A stretch of DNA of 64,000 nt. Origin: an uncultured virus (IMG/VR IMGVR_UViG_3300017593_001263). Lineage: Duplodnaviria > Heunggongvirae > Uroviricota > Caudoviricetes. Positions 39,027 to 48,683 of this stretch are shown here, piece by piece; within the stretch, counting starts at the first letter, position 1; every line of letters begins with the position of its first letter. Both the position numbers and the translations under genes were made by a program. The notes beneath the pieces are model-generated. The model saw only the letters and a program-made list of their open reading frames with translations, was not told the DNA's origin and ran no database searches. The DNA is taken from the IMG/VR virus record IMGVR_UViG_3300017593_001263, one strand, 5' to 3'.

Positions 39027-41647
39027 TGAGAAGAAAAGGCGATCTTAAAATAGAACCAACATTTCGCATACTGTTATTCGTATTCGTGCTTCTTATCTTG
39101 GTATTGTTTGTTACTGGATTATTCGAATACTTGTCAAAACTGCTTGGCTTCGGTTTGCAACCACCACCATCAGCGGCAGCAGCGGTTCTTGCTTTAAGAT
39201 GTGCGATAGATAGTGTTGCTTATGGTGCTGTTAACGATTACACTTGTCTGAAGGATGTTGATATACCACCAAAAGTAGTTTACACTCCAGTAAACAACTA
39301 TGACGATGCCATAAGCTATATAAGAGGAGAGATGGAGATAAGACAAACTTTATTTTCACGTATGTGGTATTCTTTTGAAATGTTCTTCAGCAACGGTAAG
39401 GAGAGCGAGCATATAGGTTATGCTTTTGGATATGCCAATCCTAAAACTGGATTTCAAAACATAACAGTTACTGTGTGCGGTAACAAAAAGATGCTCGAAA
39501 AAGAGAGTCAAGAAGTGAAAGACTTCTTCAAATACCTTGCCGAAAGTGACGAATTCAAGTGCATGGTATTCAACTTCGAGCTCCCACAGTACAACAAGCC
39601 GATAGGTGTTGGGAATGCGTTAGTCCCTAACCTTGGAGACCCAGACTTCATAATCTATTATGAGAAGTTCCCGTCTGGAGAAGAGAGAGCTTGGCTTGAT
39701 GACACGGATTCGTGGGGAACTGTTGGTGTGCTTGTCGCTGGAGCTTTTGCGGCAATACCTTATGCAGGTCCAATAATAAGAACAGCTATGAGAGATACAG
39801 CATCAGCAGCATTCAAGATGGTTAAATCAAGCTTGCTGTTCTGGAAGTCAGCTGTAAGAGAAGGTACTGTAACTGGTGTTAGAGACGCTTTAATGTACGA
39901 AGTAAGGAATTATGGAAAGACGTTGACCAGAGAGGAAGCAGAAGATGTTGCCAAGCTAATCATGAAAGGTAAGATGGATGATGCAGCAGAAAAGTTAGTT
40001 GAGAAAGGAATGAGTAGAGAAGCTGCTGAAGATGTAGTTAACGAGTGGAGATGGCTGAGAGGACTTAAAGATGAGGAAGTAGCTCTTGCATTTAAGTTCG
40101 AGAGGCAATTCGCAGATTATTTGATGGATACAAGTGGAAGGTATTTTGGTCTTGAATCTAGAACTTTCAAAGACTTTTTGACTGCATGGAAATCATTGCC
40201 AGATGAGACGGCAGACCAAGCAGTTTATAAAGCAAAGCTGTTTGGCAAGCTGGTTAAGGGAGACCCAGTAGTTATAAATGGAAGGAGATACCAGCTTACT
40301 CCAGAAGAAGTACAACAGATAAGGAAGTTCGTGCAAGAGCAGAATAAGAAACTGCTTGGAACTTACTATAAGTACTACAAGAGATTGCCGAGGAACGTAA
40401 GAAGAATGTATTACGGGAGGGAAGTTGATAGAGTAATAGCTGAATATCTGAAGAACAGCAGATCTTTCAGGCTTATGATGATAGAAGGTCTAGGTTATGC
40501 TGGATTGTTCGATGATCTGTCAATGGGTAAAGTTGATGTTGATGGTGATGGGCATCCAGATGACGTGTTTTTCGAGAACGTGATGAAGTGCGTTACCGTT
40601 ATGCCCAATAAAGGGACTGCACCTATAATTGGTAAGGGTATCTGCATAGTGTTATCGGGAATAGGATGGGCAATAACGTGGGCTGAAGCTAGAACTTACT
40701 ATGAGCCAGTTGGAGTGAACTCAATAGGACTGTACTATCCGATAATTAAGTTTATATGGGGCAGATCGTTGGAGTATCCATTGATTAAGGAAGCGTTGCC
40801 TTATTACGTGTATTTGGACAGACCTTTCGACCCACCACGATTGTACTTTGCATCGCCATGTAAGGCAGTACTGTATGTTGAAAAATCCAAGATGGAGTGC
40901 TTAGTTCCGAACTGCGAAGCGTTGGAAAAATACCATAGCGAGTATCTATACGATAGCGATTTCTTTCCATACGAAACCGATTACTATGGGTGTAGAGATG
41001 AGAAAGGTAAGTGTGTAGTCCCAAAAGACCCAAAAGCCGCTGGAGACCAAGGTTACTGCTACTGTATAAGAGAATCGATTAATCCGTGTTATGATGCATT
41101 CAAGTGTGATAAATGGATTGAGGAGTATGTCGGGTGTCACAAAGTTAAGGAAGGAATGTATACACCATTTGCCCTATATAATGTGAACGTCAATGGTGTA
41201 AGCAGCAAGTTTTTGGTTGGAGGTGTAGATTATCATAAGGTCAAGGAGTTAGATAATAATGTTAGAGGATATAAAGTATGTACTCCACCAGCTTGGTGGG
41301 ATATTGAGATTCCTTGGTTAGGCAGACATCTATTCTCTGAGCCGTACACGGTTAATGCAATAAAGGTTACTGCGGCACTTGCTGATGTAGAGCCAAACTA
41401 CTGTTACTGGGGTAAGGGAGATGTTAGCTATGCGATTGAAAAAGTTAGTTTGGCGTCATTATTCTTCGGAATAGATTTGGCGATTGGAGAGACTCCTTTA
41501 GTTATACTTAGTGCTATGGGCTATGCTTATCTCGATGAGCAGATTGATGAGAAGTACAGATGGTGGAATCATCCAGACAGCTTGATACCAGACTGGGTTG
41601 TTGGGTTTGTGCCTCCTCTTGCTTTATTAAAAGCCGCTGGGATGTAA
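39026..41647 (+). CDS. large membrane protein with class III (prepilin-like) signal peptide
   Basis: MRRKG/DLKIE followed by hydrophobic helix; central helical region; Cys-rich C-terminal part. Confidence 0.6.
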   Translation: MRRKGDLKIEPTFRILLFVFVLLILVLFVTGLFEYLSKLLGFGLQPPPSAAAAVLALRCAIDSVAYGAVNDYTCLKDVDIPPKVVYTPVNNYDDAISYIRGEMEIRQTLFSRMWYSFEMFFSNGKESEHIGYAFGYANPKTGFQNITVTVCGNKKMLEKESQEVKDFFKYLAESDEFKCMVFNFELPQYNKPIGVGNALVPNLGDPDFIIYYEKFPSGEERAWLDDTDSWGTVGVLVAGAFAAIPYAGPIIRTAMRDTASAAFKMVKSSLLFWKSAVREGTVTGVRDALMYEVRNYGKTLTREEAEDVAKLIMKGKMDDAAEKLVEKGMSREAAEDVVNEWRWLRGLKDEEVALAFKFERQFADYLMDTSGRYFGLESRTFKDFLTAWKSLPDETADQAVYKAKLFGKLVKGDPVVINGRRYQLTPEEVQQIRKFVQEQNKKLLGTYYKYYKRLPRNVRRMYYGREVDRVIAEYLKNSRSFRLMMIEGLGYAGLFDDLSMGKVDVDGDGHPDDVFFENVMKCVTVMPNKGTAPIIGKGICIVLSGIGWAITWAEARTYYEPVGVNSIGLYYPIIKFIWGRSLEYPLIKEALPYYVYLDRPFDPPRLYFASPCKAVLYVEKSKMECLVPNCEALEKYHSEYLYDSDFFPYETDYYGCRDEKGKCVVPKDPKAAGDQGYCYCIRESINPCYDAFKCDKWIEEYVGCHKVKEGMYTPFALYNVNVNGVSSKFLVGGVDYHKVKELDNNVRGYKVCTPPAWWDIEIPWLGRHLFSEPYTVNAIKVTAALADVEPNYCYWGKGDVSYAIEKVSLASLFFGIDLAIGETPLVILSAMGYAYLDEQIDEKYRWWNHPDSLIPDWVVGFVPPLALLKAAGM

Positions 41648-41708
41648 TGTAAACTACCCCTCGCTAATGCAAGGGGTTTTGTAGAGCTAGTCTCCTCGAG
41701 GTGGTTTG

Positions 41709-42152
41709 ATGAACTTCGAAGACAGATTCAAAATGTGCATGAGAGTTGAGGATGATGTGGAGAAAGCAGCATGCTTGTTCGATTTGCTGAGCGATATCAC
41801 TAAATTGCAAGATGTTGTTCAGCTTGCAATACCACCGATAAACGAGAGTGTTGCTATTTCGAAAGCAATAACAAACGATGCCAATGCATTGCTTTTAGAG
41901 GTATCGAGATGGCGTGGAGATATAAGAAAACTCCTAAGGCACGGATACATCATGGAGAAGATAAAGCGGTTGATAACTGATTGGAATGCCATGGCACACG
42001 ACTACAATATAACCTACGGAAATGAGTTTCCTCTGTTTGAGCTAGTGGAAAAGAAAGAGGATATACCACCACTCCCTGCTGAAGAGATCAAAGAGTTGCG
42101 TGAGGAAATCTTTGCGGATCAAGACAAGTTAAATAGAATTAATAAGCACTAA
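41709..42152 (+). CDS. hypothetical protein
   Basis: GAGGTGG RBS. Confidence 0.6.
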   Translation: MNFEDRFKMCMRVEDDVEKAACLFDLLSDITKLQDVVQLAIPPINESVAISKAITNDANALLLEVSRWRGDIRKLLRHGYIMEKIKRLITDWNAMAHDYNITYGNEFPLFELVEKKEDIPPLPAEEIKELREEIFADQDKLNRINKH

Positions 42153-42328
42153 AATCTTTTTTAGTCACATCAACTATAGCAACCGTGTGACCACAATCCT
42201 TGTTTTCGCATTGATAGATTAAAATCAGACCAGCCAAGTTATCAAATATTTTCTTTTTTAGGTGAAGTTTAGAACCACATAAATTGCACTTCTTTTTCAG
42301 ATAGACCTCAAGCAGAGCTTTTGTGTCG

Positions 42329-42733
42329 TTATTCATCTTCTTCCTCCTCATCAAATCGTTTGATAATTTTGTAGTCTTTGAATTTGTTTTTCTTTTCATT
42401 GAACTCGAACTCATTCATTATTTCAAATTTGATGTTTCTCGATATAAGCCAATAAATTAACAAGTAGTCGTAGTCGTAGATGTGTAACAAAGCATCAACG
42501 GATTTTCTTGCAACTTGCAATATATGAGATAAGTCTTTCAATGTTATAGACTTTAGAGGTGTTTCCAAGCTGTCGTAGTCGAACTCTTCACGTATATATT
42601 CGATTAAATCGAAAAAATTCTTTGCTTCATCTTCATACTCATAGTATTCGCCTTCGTCTATATCCCTCGATACTTCTATTATCAGTTTCAGTTTTGGTAT
42701 GATGATGTAGTTGCTCCAGCTCATGATAGTCAC
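42329..42733 (-). CDS. hypothetical protein
   Basis: member of tightly coupled minus-strand small-ORF run. Confidence 0.55.
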   Translation of the reverse strand: MTIMSWSNYIIIPKLKLIIEVSRDIDEGEYYEYEDEAKNFFDLIEYIREEFDYDSLETPLKSITLKDLSHILQVARKSVDALLHIYDYDYLLIYWLISRNIKFEIMNEFEFNEKKNKFKDYKIIKRFDEEEEDE

Positions 42734-43047
42734 CCGTATAGGTCTTCTTCGTTATTTAGACGTTTTATAGAATCCAATCTTTTTATAGCATTAGTGTACC
42801 AGTCCTCAGACATCTGGCGTAATGTCATGAACGCTACTCTAACTGGCATGTATCGTCCAACCTTAAATGCTAAAAATTCCAATACATATATCAGCATCAA
42901 GTTTGCAACTTCAATATCTAGATGAGATTGCGTGCATTCGTGTTTTCTTTGGCAAGTCGAGCATGTGTCTTTTTGGAATGTTTCTTTAGTCAGCTGGAAT
43001 ACTTTTTCTAAATGTTCCTTGATTTTTTCTTCTACCATATCACACAC
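42730..43047 (-). CDS. hypothetical protein (CxxC..C motif)
   Basis: CSTCQRKHEC. Confidence 0.5.
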   Translation of the reverse strand: MCDMVEEKIKEHLEKVFQLTKETFQKDTCSTCQRKHECTQSHLDIEVANLMLIYVLEFLAFKVGRYMPVRVAFMTLRQMSEDWYTNAIKRLDSIKRLNNEEDLYG

Positions 43048-43052
43048 CTTAA

Positions 43053-43292
43053 TTATCTTCTTTTATTTTTAAAATAAGTCTTAAAAATTAAATTCCAATG
43101 AATCATGCAGAGAGCAAATGTTATAGACCCATAAGACAACGTTACAAGATCATCGTAAATAATCCCATGAGTTATAAATATGAGGGAGGCTAAAGTGAAT
43201 ACGATTGTCATTATTATATCGATTTTTTCTTTTTTGCTTAGTTCACTCCACACCATTTTCATCACCACTTTTTTCGTTTTCAAACACATCAT
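43053..43292 (-). CDS. small 2-TM protein
   Basis: two hydrophobic helices; start probably MVWSE. Confidence 0.5.
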   Translation of the reverse strand: MMCLKTKKVVMKMVWSELSKKEKIDIIMTIVFTLASLIFITHGIIYDDLVTLSYGSITFALCMIHWNLIFKTYFKNKRR

Positions 43293-43626
43293 GGAATGCT
43301 AACTTGAATAACCACACGTTATAACTATCATAATCGAAATGCTTATCGAACACAAAATGTTCTGCAACGTTGTCTGTCTCTGGAAGTTTGTGTCCACCAG
43401 CTTTTTCGATTTCTTCTTTTAGTTCTGGGAAGTCTTGTGCGAGGAGCTTTGGGTTGTCATAGTATTCCATGAAAAACTCGCAAGACGACCTTATACGCTG
43501 TCTTAAATCTTCAAACGCTTTTTTTGAGATGAACATCTGTCTTTCATGCCCAAGGTCATCTACGTCATATTTAAAATTCACGTTTTGTATCCATTCTTTC
43601 AAGTTAAGCGGTTTTGGTTTAGTCAT
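43243..43626 (-). CDS. hypothetical protein
   Basis: AGGTGA RBS directly after tRNA. Confidence 0.6.
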   Translation of the reverse strand: MTKPKPLNLKEWIQNVNFKYDVDDLGHERQMFISKKAFEDLRQRIRSSCEFFMEYYDNPKLLAQDFPELKEEIEKAGGHKLPETDNVAEHFVFDKHFDYDSYNVWLFKLAFHDVFENEKSGDENGVE

Positions 43627-43645
43627 TTTCCATCACCTAATTTGA

Positions 43646-43718
43646 TGGGGGCGGCTGGATTCGAACCAGCGTCTCGGGATTTGGAGTCCCACATGATGAT
43701 CACCTACACCACGCCCCC
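43646..43718 (-). tRNA. trnW: tRNA-Trp (CCA), intronless, CCA end not encoded
   Basis: acceptor GGGGGCG/CGCCCCC-A, anticodon arm TGGGA-CTCCAAA-TCCCG, T arm GCTGG-TTCGAAT-CCAGC. Confidence 0.9.
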
Positions 43719-44234
43719 ATTCGCAGTTAGATTAAATTTTATTTTGGTTATTTTTATATTCCCATTATTACATTCAACCTTTATCAATTCCCTACAATCA
43801 TCATCGAGGTATACGTCGAATATATTTGGAACGAATCTATCTAGTGGGGAATGCAGAAACCAAAATGGTTTAGTGTATTCACTTAACTTGCTCCAAAACT
43901 CAATAAATCTAGTCTTGTCATAATAGTATGCCAATCTTTCAATATTGTACGGAACGCTAGGGTAATCAAATGTTTTGAATCCAAACAGAACAACTCGTGG
44001 TTTTACATCTAAATCTGTTAAATCGACTTTGATTTCTGCGTATGGTGGATGGCATCCTACAATATAATTCTCATGTAGCCAATCATATATCGAGAAACCT
44101 ACCTCTTGCACGAATTTCATAAATCCTTTCCAGTTTTTTATTTCAACGCCTTCTTCTCCTTTTTTGTTGAATAATATCGAGTAGATTCCAGTATAACTCA
44201 TACATATCACCTCATCCACAAGCACCCCATCCAC
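43704..44234 (-). CDS. hypothetical protein (stop lies inside tRNA)
   Basis: 176-aa ORF; likely start MSYTG after GAGGTGA. Confidence 0.55.
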   Translation of the reverse strand: MDGVLVDEVICMSYTGIYSILFNKKGEEGVEIKNWKGFMKFVQEVGFSIYDWLHENYIVGCHPPYAEIKVDLTDLDVKPRVVLFGFKTFDYPSVPYNIERLAYYYDKTRFIEFWSKLSEYTKPFWFLHSPLDRFVPNIFDVYLDDDCRELIKVECNNGNIKITKIKFNLTANGGVV

Positions 44235-44499
44235 AAGACGGACACTTCATACAACCCTCTTCTCTGATAAGCTTTGCCCCACATATAGGGCAATAGTCTT
44301 CAGCTACTGGCATATTTCCAAGCAACCTTTCTCTGAAGCAGTCCAAACAGACAATTTGCATGTTCTTTGCAATTTCTGAGAGTCTAACGTCGATCCAGAC
44401 CTCCTCTCCGCATATCGAGCACTTGCCTATCTCGCTTTCTACATGCGGCTTAGGTAAGTTTTTCTTTCTGATTGCAAGATATATATCAGTCATCATCAT
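44212..44499 (-). CDS. double Zn-ribbon protein; C-terminus resembles ribonucleotide reductase C-terminal Zn ribbon
   Basis: CSIC..CLDC; CPICG..L.REEGC.KC.SCGW..C. Confidence 0.65.
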   Translation of the reverse strand: MMMTDIYLAIRKKNLPKPHVESEIGKCSICGEEVWIDVRLSEIAKNMQIVCLDCFRERLLGNMPVAEDYCPICGAKLIREEGCMKCPSCGWGACG

Positions 44500-44803
44500 C
44501 TAAATTATCAAGCAATTCTGCTAGGAACTCCATAAAATTGCTATACGATTTAGCAAAAGCCACTATCATCTTAAAATACAACGATGCGACTATGTGCTGG
44601 AATAATGCTAAATCGACTTTATCTTCGCTTGTTTTATTAGATTCTTTAGCTGCCAGTTCAGCCGCTATACTTATTATCTCTTTTTCCAAATCTCTATATT
44701 TTTGATACAAACGATCCACCATTTCGTCTTCAAGCTCTATCTCAATCGGCATCTTCATCACCTTCAACAATCTCGAATATATCATCAATATGCGATTCCG
44801 CAT
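44486..44803 (-). CDS. hypothetical helical protein
   Basis: coupled ORF; likely start MPIEIE. Confidence 0.5.
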   Translation of the reverse strand: MRNRILMIYSRLLKVMKMPIEIELEDEMVDRLYQKYRDLEKEIISIAAELAAKESNKTSEDKVDLALFQHIVASLYFKMIVAFAKSYSNFMEFLAELLDNLDDDD

Positions 44804-45134
44804 ACTGCATTATTCTATCATAAGCCTCGAACAAATCAATCCACTCTCCATAGAAGTCGTTGTCTTCAAGCTTTTTCTCTGGAGCAAATATCAAGTCAAA
44901 TTCAGCGAGAATGTCTACTAGTTCCTCTCTGAACGCTGTTATTGGGTGGCGTTTGGCTATGTGTTTTAGGAGATCTAATGAAGCTATCCATTCAGTACTT
45001 TCTGGATCAAGCGAGAAGGTATCACAGAAGTCAAGCCAGCTTCTTCTTGCATAGTACATCAGTACAAATACTGAGTCAAAATCCGAAAGCAGAGGTATCA
45101 CGTCATCTGGTTGAACTAAGACCACGGTTCTCAT
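44742..45134 (-). CDS. hypothetical acidic protein
   Basis: GGGTGGTG RBS. Confidence 0.55.
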   Translation of the reverse strand: MRTVVLVQPDDVIPLLSDFDSVFVLMYYARRSWLDFCDTFSLDPESTEWIASLDLLKHIAKRHPITAFREELVDILAEFDLIFAPEKKLEDNDFYGEWIDLFEAYDRIMQYAESHIDDIFEIVEGDEDAD

Positions 45135-45144
45135 GACACCACCC

Positions 45145-46068
45145 TCAGCAATTGAACGCTTTCCTTATCTCTTCAACCACGTCCATATACATCTTCCCAG
45201 CAGGTCTTGGGCTAACGATTCTGTCGTCAACGATACTTATTTTCGGTTTTGGAATTCTTAACTGTCCTGCTGACGCTCCATCTATAACTCCGTCTCCATC
45301 TCTATCATACAAGTGCAAGCAAGTAACTCCGCCAATGAATGCAAGTCGATCCTTCTCGTTCCTAGCTCCAAATTTGTCCACGCCTTCTTTAATTTTTCTA
45401 TAGACTTCGTTCTCTAAGTCATCCACCACAACAATCGATAACGGTAGTACGACTTCATAGTCTCCTATACCCTCAAGCCACACTCTTCCACGTATTGGCG
45501 TTCCTCCATATTCAGTATTGAGCCAATATCGGTATGGATTTCTTTCGTCTTGCTTGTAAGTCCATGAGACCTTCCTTACAACCATATTCTCCAAGTCACG
45601 TTCATCTCGTGGAAATAGAATGCTTCTTATTGCGTTGTAGTGTTTCTCATGCTCTGGATGCCATGGATGCAAATATGGGTTCTCATTAACAGCGTCAGTT
45701 AAATCAAGGACGATACCTTCCCACACAAAAGCTCCTATTTTGTTTACTGCATCTTTGTTGTAGGAATACCACACCGCATCATCCTTCTGCTCGATTTCTT
45801 TTGGTGGAATCACAGCACCATCCTTGTTTAGAGCCCAGTTACCGTACTTCAATCTGTATGCTGGGAAGTCTGGTAGTCCAAACTGATACTCTTTTATGTG
45901 TTCTTTGAACTTTGGAAATCCTTCTTCATATCTACCACAATAAGGAGAGTTTGGGACTGGTTCTGATTTTTGAGGTTCTTCCTTACTAATATTCTTTGAA
46001 GAACAACCCAAAAATAAAGCTGCCGCTCCAGCACCAACCATTTTTAAAAAGTCTCTTCTCGTCAGCAT
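45145..46068 (-). CDS. Tat-exported lipoprotein
   Basis: TRRDFLK twin-arginine motif, LFLGC lipobox, DRDGDGVID Ca-loop. Confidence 0.75.
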   Translation of the reverse strand: MLTRRDFLKMVGAGAAALFLGCSSKNISKEEPQKSEPVPNSPYCGRYEEGFPKFKEHIKEYQFGLPDFPAYRLKYGNWALNKDGAVIPPKEIEQKDDAVWYSYNKDAVNKIGAFVWEGIVLDLTDAVNENPYLHPWHPEHEKHYNAIRSILFPRDERDLENMVVRKVSWTYKQDERNPYRYWLNTEYGGTPIRGRVWLEGIGDYEVVLPLSIVVVDDLENEVYRKIKEGVDKFGARNEKDRLAFIGGVTCLHLYDRDGDGVIDGASAGQLRIPKPKISIVDDRIVSPRPAGKMYMDVVEEIRKAFNC

Positions 46069-46120
46069 GGTTTAGAATTCGATGGAAAATTATTTATATT
46101 TTATTATGTTGATAATTGGT

Positions 46121-46630
46121 ATGGAGATAGTGATCGATATAGAAACTACTGGACTTGACCCATTTGTGCATAGGATTATTGGTGTTGGGGTTTACAATGT
46201 GGCTTCTAAAAAAGTTGATGTAATCTTCTCGAAAGACGAAGCAGAGCTCATCAGAAAGTTCTGGGAATATTATATGAGAGCAACCACGGTTATAGGATAC
46301 AATATCAAGAAATTCGATTTACATTTCGTTGCAATAAGAAGTCTAAAACACGGGATAGAGCTCCCAGTTGTTCCTAAGAGAGTAATTGACCTTTTGGAAA
46401 TACTTTCCTTCAACGAATACAAAAAGATGAAGAGACTCACCACGGTCGCTAACTTTTTAGGCATAGAAATCAAGGACAGAGATGCATCTCAAATTCCTTC
46501 ATTGTGGGAGGAAGGCAAGATAGAAGAGCTAGAGGAATATCTAAAGAAAGACCTTGAGATAACTGCAAACATATATAAAAAAATGAAGGATGTTGGGTTT
46601 GTGGAGTTTAAAGAGATGGGGTTTGCGTGA
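46121..46630 (+). CDS. DEDD-family 3'-5' exonuclease (RNase H-like fold)
   Basis: ExoI DIETTG, ExoII GYN..FD, ExoIII Y...D. Confidence 0.85.
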   Translation: MEIVIDIETTGLDPFVHRIIGVGVYNVASKKVDVIFSKDEAELIRKFWEYYMRATTVIGYNIKKFDLHFVAIRSLKHGIELPVVPKRVIDLLEILSFNEYKKMKRLTTVANFLGIEIKDRDASQIPSLWEEGKIEELEEYLKKDLEITANIYKKMKDVGFVEFKEMGFA

Positions 46631-46640
46631 GGTGATGTAT

Positions 46641-47285
46641 ATGGAAGATAAAACTCCAATTGCCATGTTAATTCTTCTGTTAATTCTTGTTATATGGTTT
46701 GCAGTTAGTGCTGATGATCAAAATTCCGAAGGTCAACCAGTACAATACATACCAGCAGAAGTGCCGAAGCTACCAGTATTGGTGAAGCTTAGCGTTACTA
46801 GTGGTGGAGTAAAAATTCCATTTACAGTAGCAGTACGTGATGATGATGGATATCTGGTAGCGTTGACTAATAAAAGTGAAATAATATTGGAAAACGGAAA
46901 GGATTATGAGCTAATGGCATTTAATGAAGATTACTGGGCAAAACGCATAAAGTTGCACTTGTATCTTGATTTTGACTGTGACTGCGATATATTGGAGAAT
47001 GGATCAGTATATCTTTACAAGATAGTTCCAGTTGATTTAGAACCCATTATACCTCCATACATACATTATTTTAATGATAGTGTTTGTGTTTACACTTATG
47101 TTGATCGAGACATAGATGTTGAAATCACAGAGATTTATGTCGATGGTCATAACGTTACTAGAAGCGTTAAGGTATACGATTACAAGTGTTTTGATTTTTA
47201 TGATGGAATAAAGAACATAACGATAGAGCTTCCAGATTATAAATTTATGAACCAATTGGAATTTGATAGGTTTGTGTATCGTTAA
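46641..47285 (+). CDS. membrane-anchored beta-rich protein
   Basis: N-terminal TM; GAGGTGA RBS. Confidence 0.6.
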   Translation: MEDKTPIAMLILLLILVIWFAVSADDQNSEGQPVQYIPAEVPKLPVLVKLSVTSGGVKIPFTVAVRDDDGYLVALTNKSEIILENGKDYELMAFNEDYWAKRIKLHLYLDFDCDCDILENGSVYLYKIVPVDLEPIIPPYIHYFNDSVCVYTYVDRDIDVEITEIYVDGHNVTRSVKVYDYKCFDFYDGIKNITIELPDYKFMNQLEFDRFVYR

Positions 47286-47411
47286 GGTGATTTGATGGAC
47301 TGCCTTATCAATATCCCGAGCTATATATGGAAGCTGATTGCGGTATTGTTAGGGATAATTATCGTGTATTCACTTTTGTCCCTTATAGCAATATTTGCAG
47401 ACTGATGCTCT

Positions 47412-47906
47412 ATGGTAAACAAAATTAGAAAGGGAAGAAGGGCTGAAAGAGAGCTTGCTAAGTTCTTGGAGGAGGAAGGTGGATATATAGTCTGGAGACC
47501 CACTTGGAGCAGATGGGGTAATAGGGATATATTTAAGATTGCCGACATAGTTGCCATACAGAGGAGTGGATGGTTGAGAGAGAGGAAAGCATACTTTTTT
47601 GGTAATGCAAAACACTCTCCAGTAATATTTATTCAAGTGAAAACCAACAAGAATGATTATTATACCGCAATCAAGAAAATGAGAGAGTTCCATAAACAAG
47701 TAAACAGTTTGGTGCATCTGGTTGTAGCGTTGAAAATAAGAGGCAGCAGATGGAAGTTCTATGAGATTGTTGCTGATGGAGAACATAGTTTTGAGATTGA
47801 TTTGAAGACTGGACAATGCTACGAGAGAGGGAAGCCAACATTTGTTTGGGATGATTGGAAAATGGAAAGAGAAAGGTTAGACGGCTCTGACCTTAGCCTT
47901 TTCTAG
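47412..47906 (+). CDS. hjc: Hjc-like PD-(D/E)xK nuclease / Holliday junction resolvase
   Basis: KGRRAERELAKFLEEEG, ADIVA, FIQVK. Confidence 0.75.
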   Translation: MVNKIRKGRRAERELAKFLEEEGGYIVWRPTWSRWGNRDIFKIADIVAIQRSGWLRERKAYFFGNAKHSPVIFIQVKTNKNDYYTAIKKMREFHKQVNSLVHLVVALKIRGSRWKFYEIVADGEHSFEIDLKTGQCYERGKPTFVWDDWKMERERLDGSDLSLF

Positions 47907-48671
47907 CTTGTCCATTACTGGCTCTATGTAGTCGTAGTGCTTCAAGATTGCATGCGCATACGGTTTTGTTGGCGGTTCTTGTCCTTCCATGAGTCTCCAC
48001 CACATTACCCAAGCATGGGATAGAAATACCTTCACTATCTTTCTCCTAGCCCAATAGTGTATGTGTTTCTTGTTCCAGTCTGGGTGCTTCTGCTCGCACT
48101 CCGCTCTGAACTTATCGTAAAGCTTTCCGTAGAAGCTTCCACGTCCTTTTCTCATCAAAAAGCTCTCTCCGACTCTTATCAAGAAAGCCTTTAGTGTTGG
48201 GTCGTATCCAGTCTGTCTTCCTTTTTTCATCTCCATCCCTGGTGCAAGACCACAGTACTTCCATAGCTTACTTACTGTAGTGAATCTGCTCAATGGTGCA
48301 AGCCAAGCTATGATGCCAGATGCAAATATAGGTCCTATGCCTATAATGTTGTTCAAATACTTCATTCGGAACGGATGATCTTTGCTGAATTCATCAATTC
48401 TTTTGTATAACTGCTTCTCGATACTGTACAGCTGGCTGAACAACCACACAATATCTTCAAGGTCTTCTGGCACATCTATTTTCTCCTTGCAGATGAGCTC
48501 TGCTATGTATGCATACTTCTTCTCTTCTGGCGTTTTTATGTGCTTGAACTTATCGAAGTTTACTTGCACATAGCCGACAACTCTGTTGAATGCTTCTATT
48601 CTTATTTTTTGTATATCGTAGTAGTTCTCTATCAACTTACGAATTTGCAGTTGTTTCGGATCTACCTCCAT
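47877..48671 (-). CDS. Tas-like (TasA-type) Nop/IS110-C-terminal-domain RNA-binding protein without nuclease domain
   Basis: coiled-coil N-terminus (QKIRIEAFNR), GIGPIFASGII..RF...SKLWKYCGLAP; no DEDD RuvC, no SG catalytic serine after GLAP; GGAGGTGA RBS abuts the array. Confidence 0.85.
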   Translation of the reverse strand: MEVDPKQLQIRKLIENYYDIQKIRIEAFNRVVGYVQVNFDKFKHIKTPEEKKYAYIAELICKEKIDVPEDLEDIVWLFSQLYSIEKQLYKRIDEFSKDHPFRMKYLNNIIGIGPIFASGIIAWLAPLSRFTTVSKLWKYCGLAPGMEMKKGRQTGYDPTLKAFLIRVGESFLMRKGRGSFYGKLYDKFRAECEQKHPDWNKKHIHYWARRKIVKVFLSHAWVMWWRLMEGQEPPTKPYAHAILKHYDYIEPVMDKLEKAKVRAV

Positions 48672-48683
48672 TTTTCATCACCT

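Noticed and set aside
47877..48671. Active IS110 transposase
   Set aside because: Lacks the N-terminal DEDD RuvC domain and the catalytic serine motif; adjacent to a multi-unit array rather than a single bridge RNA.
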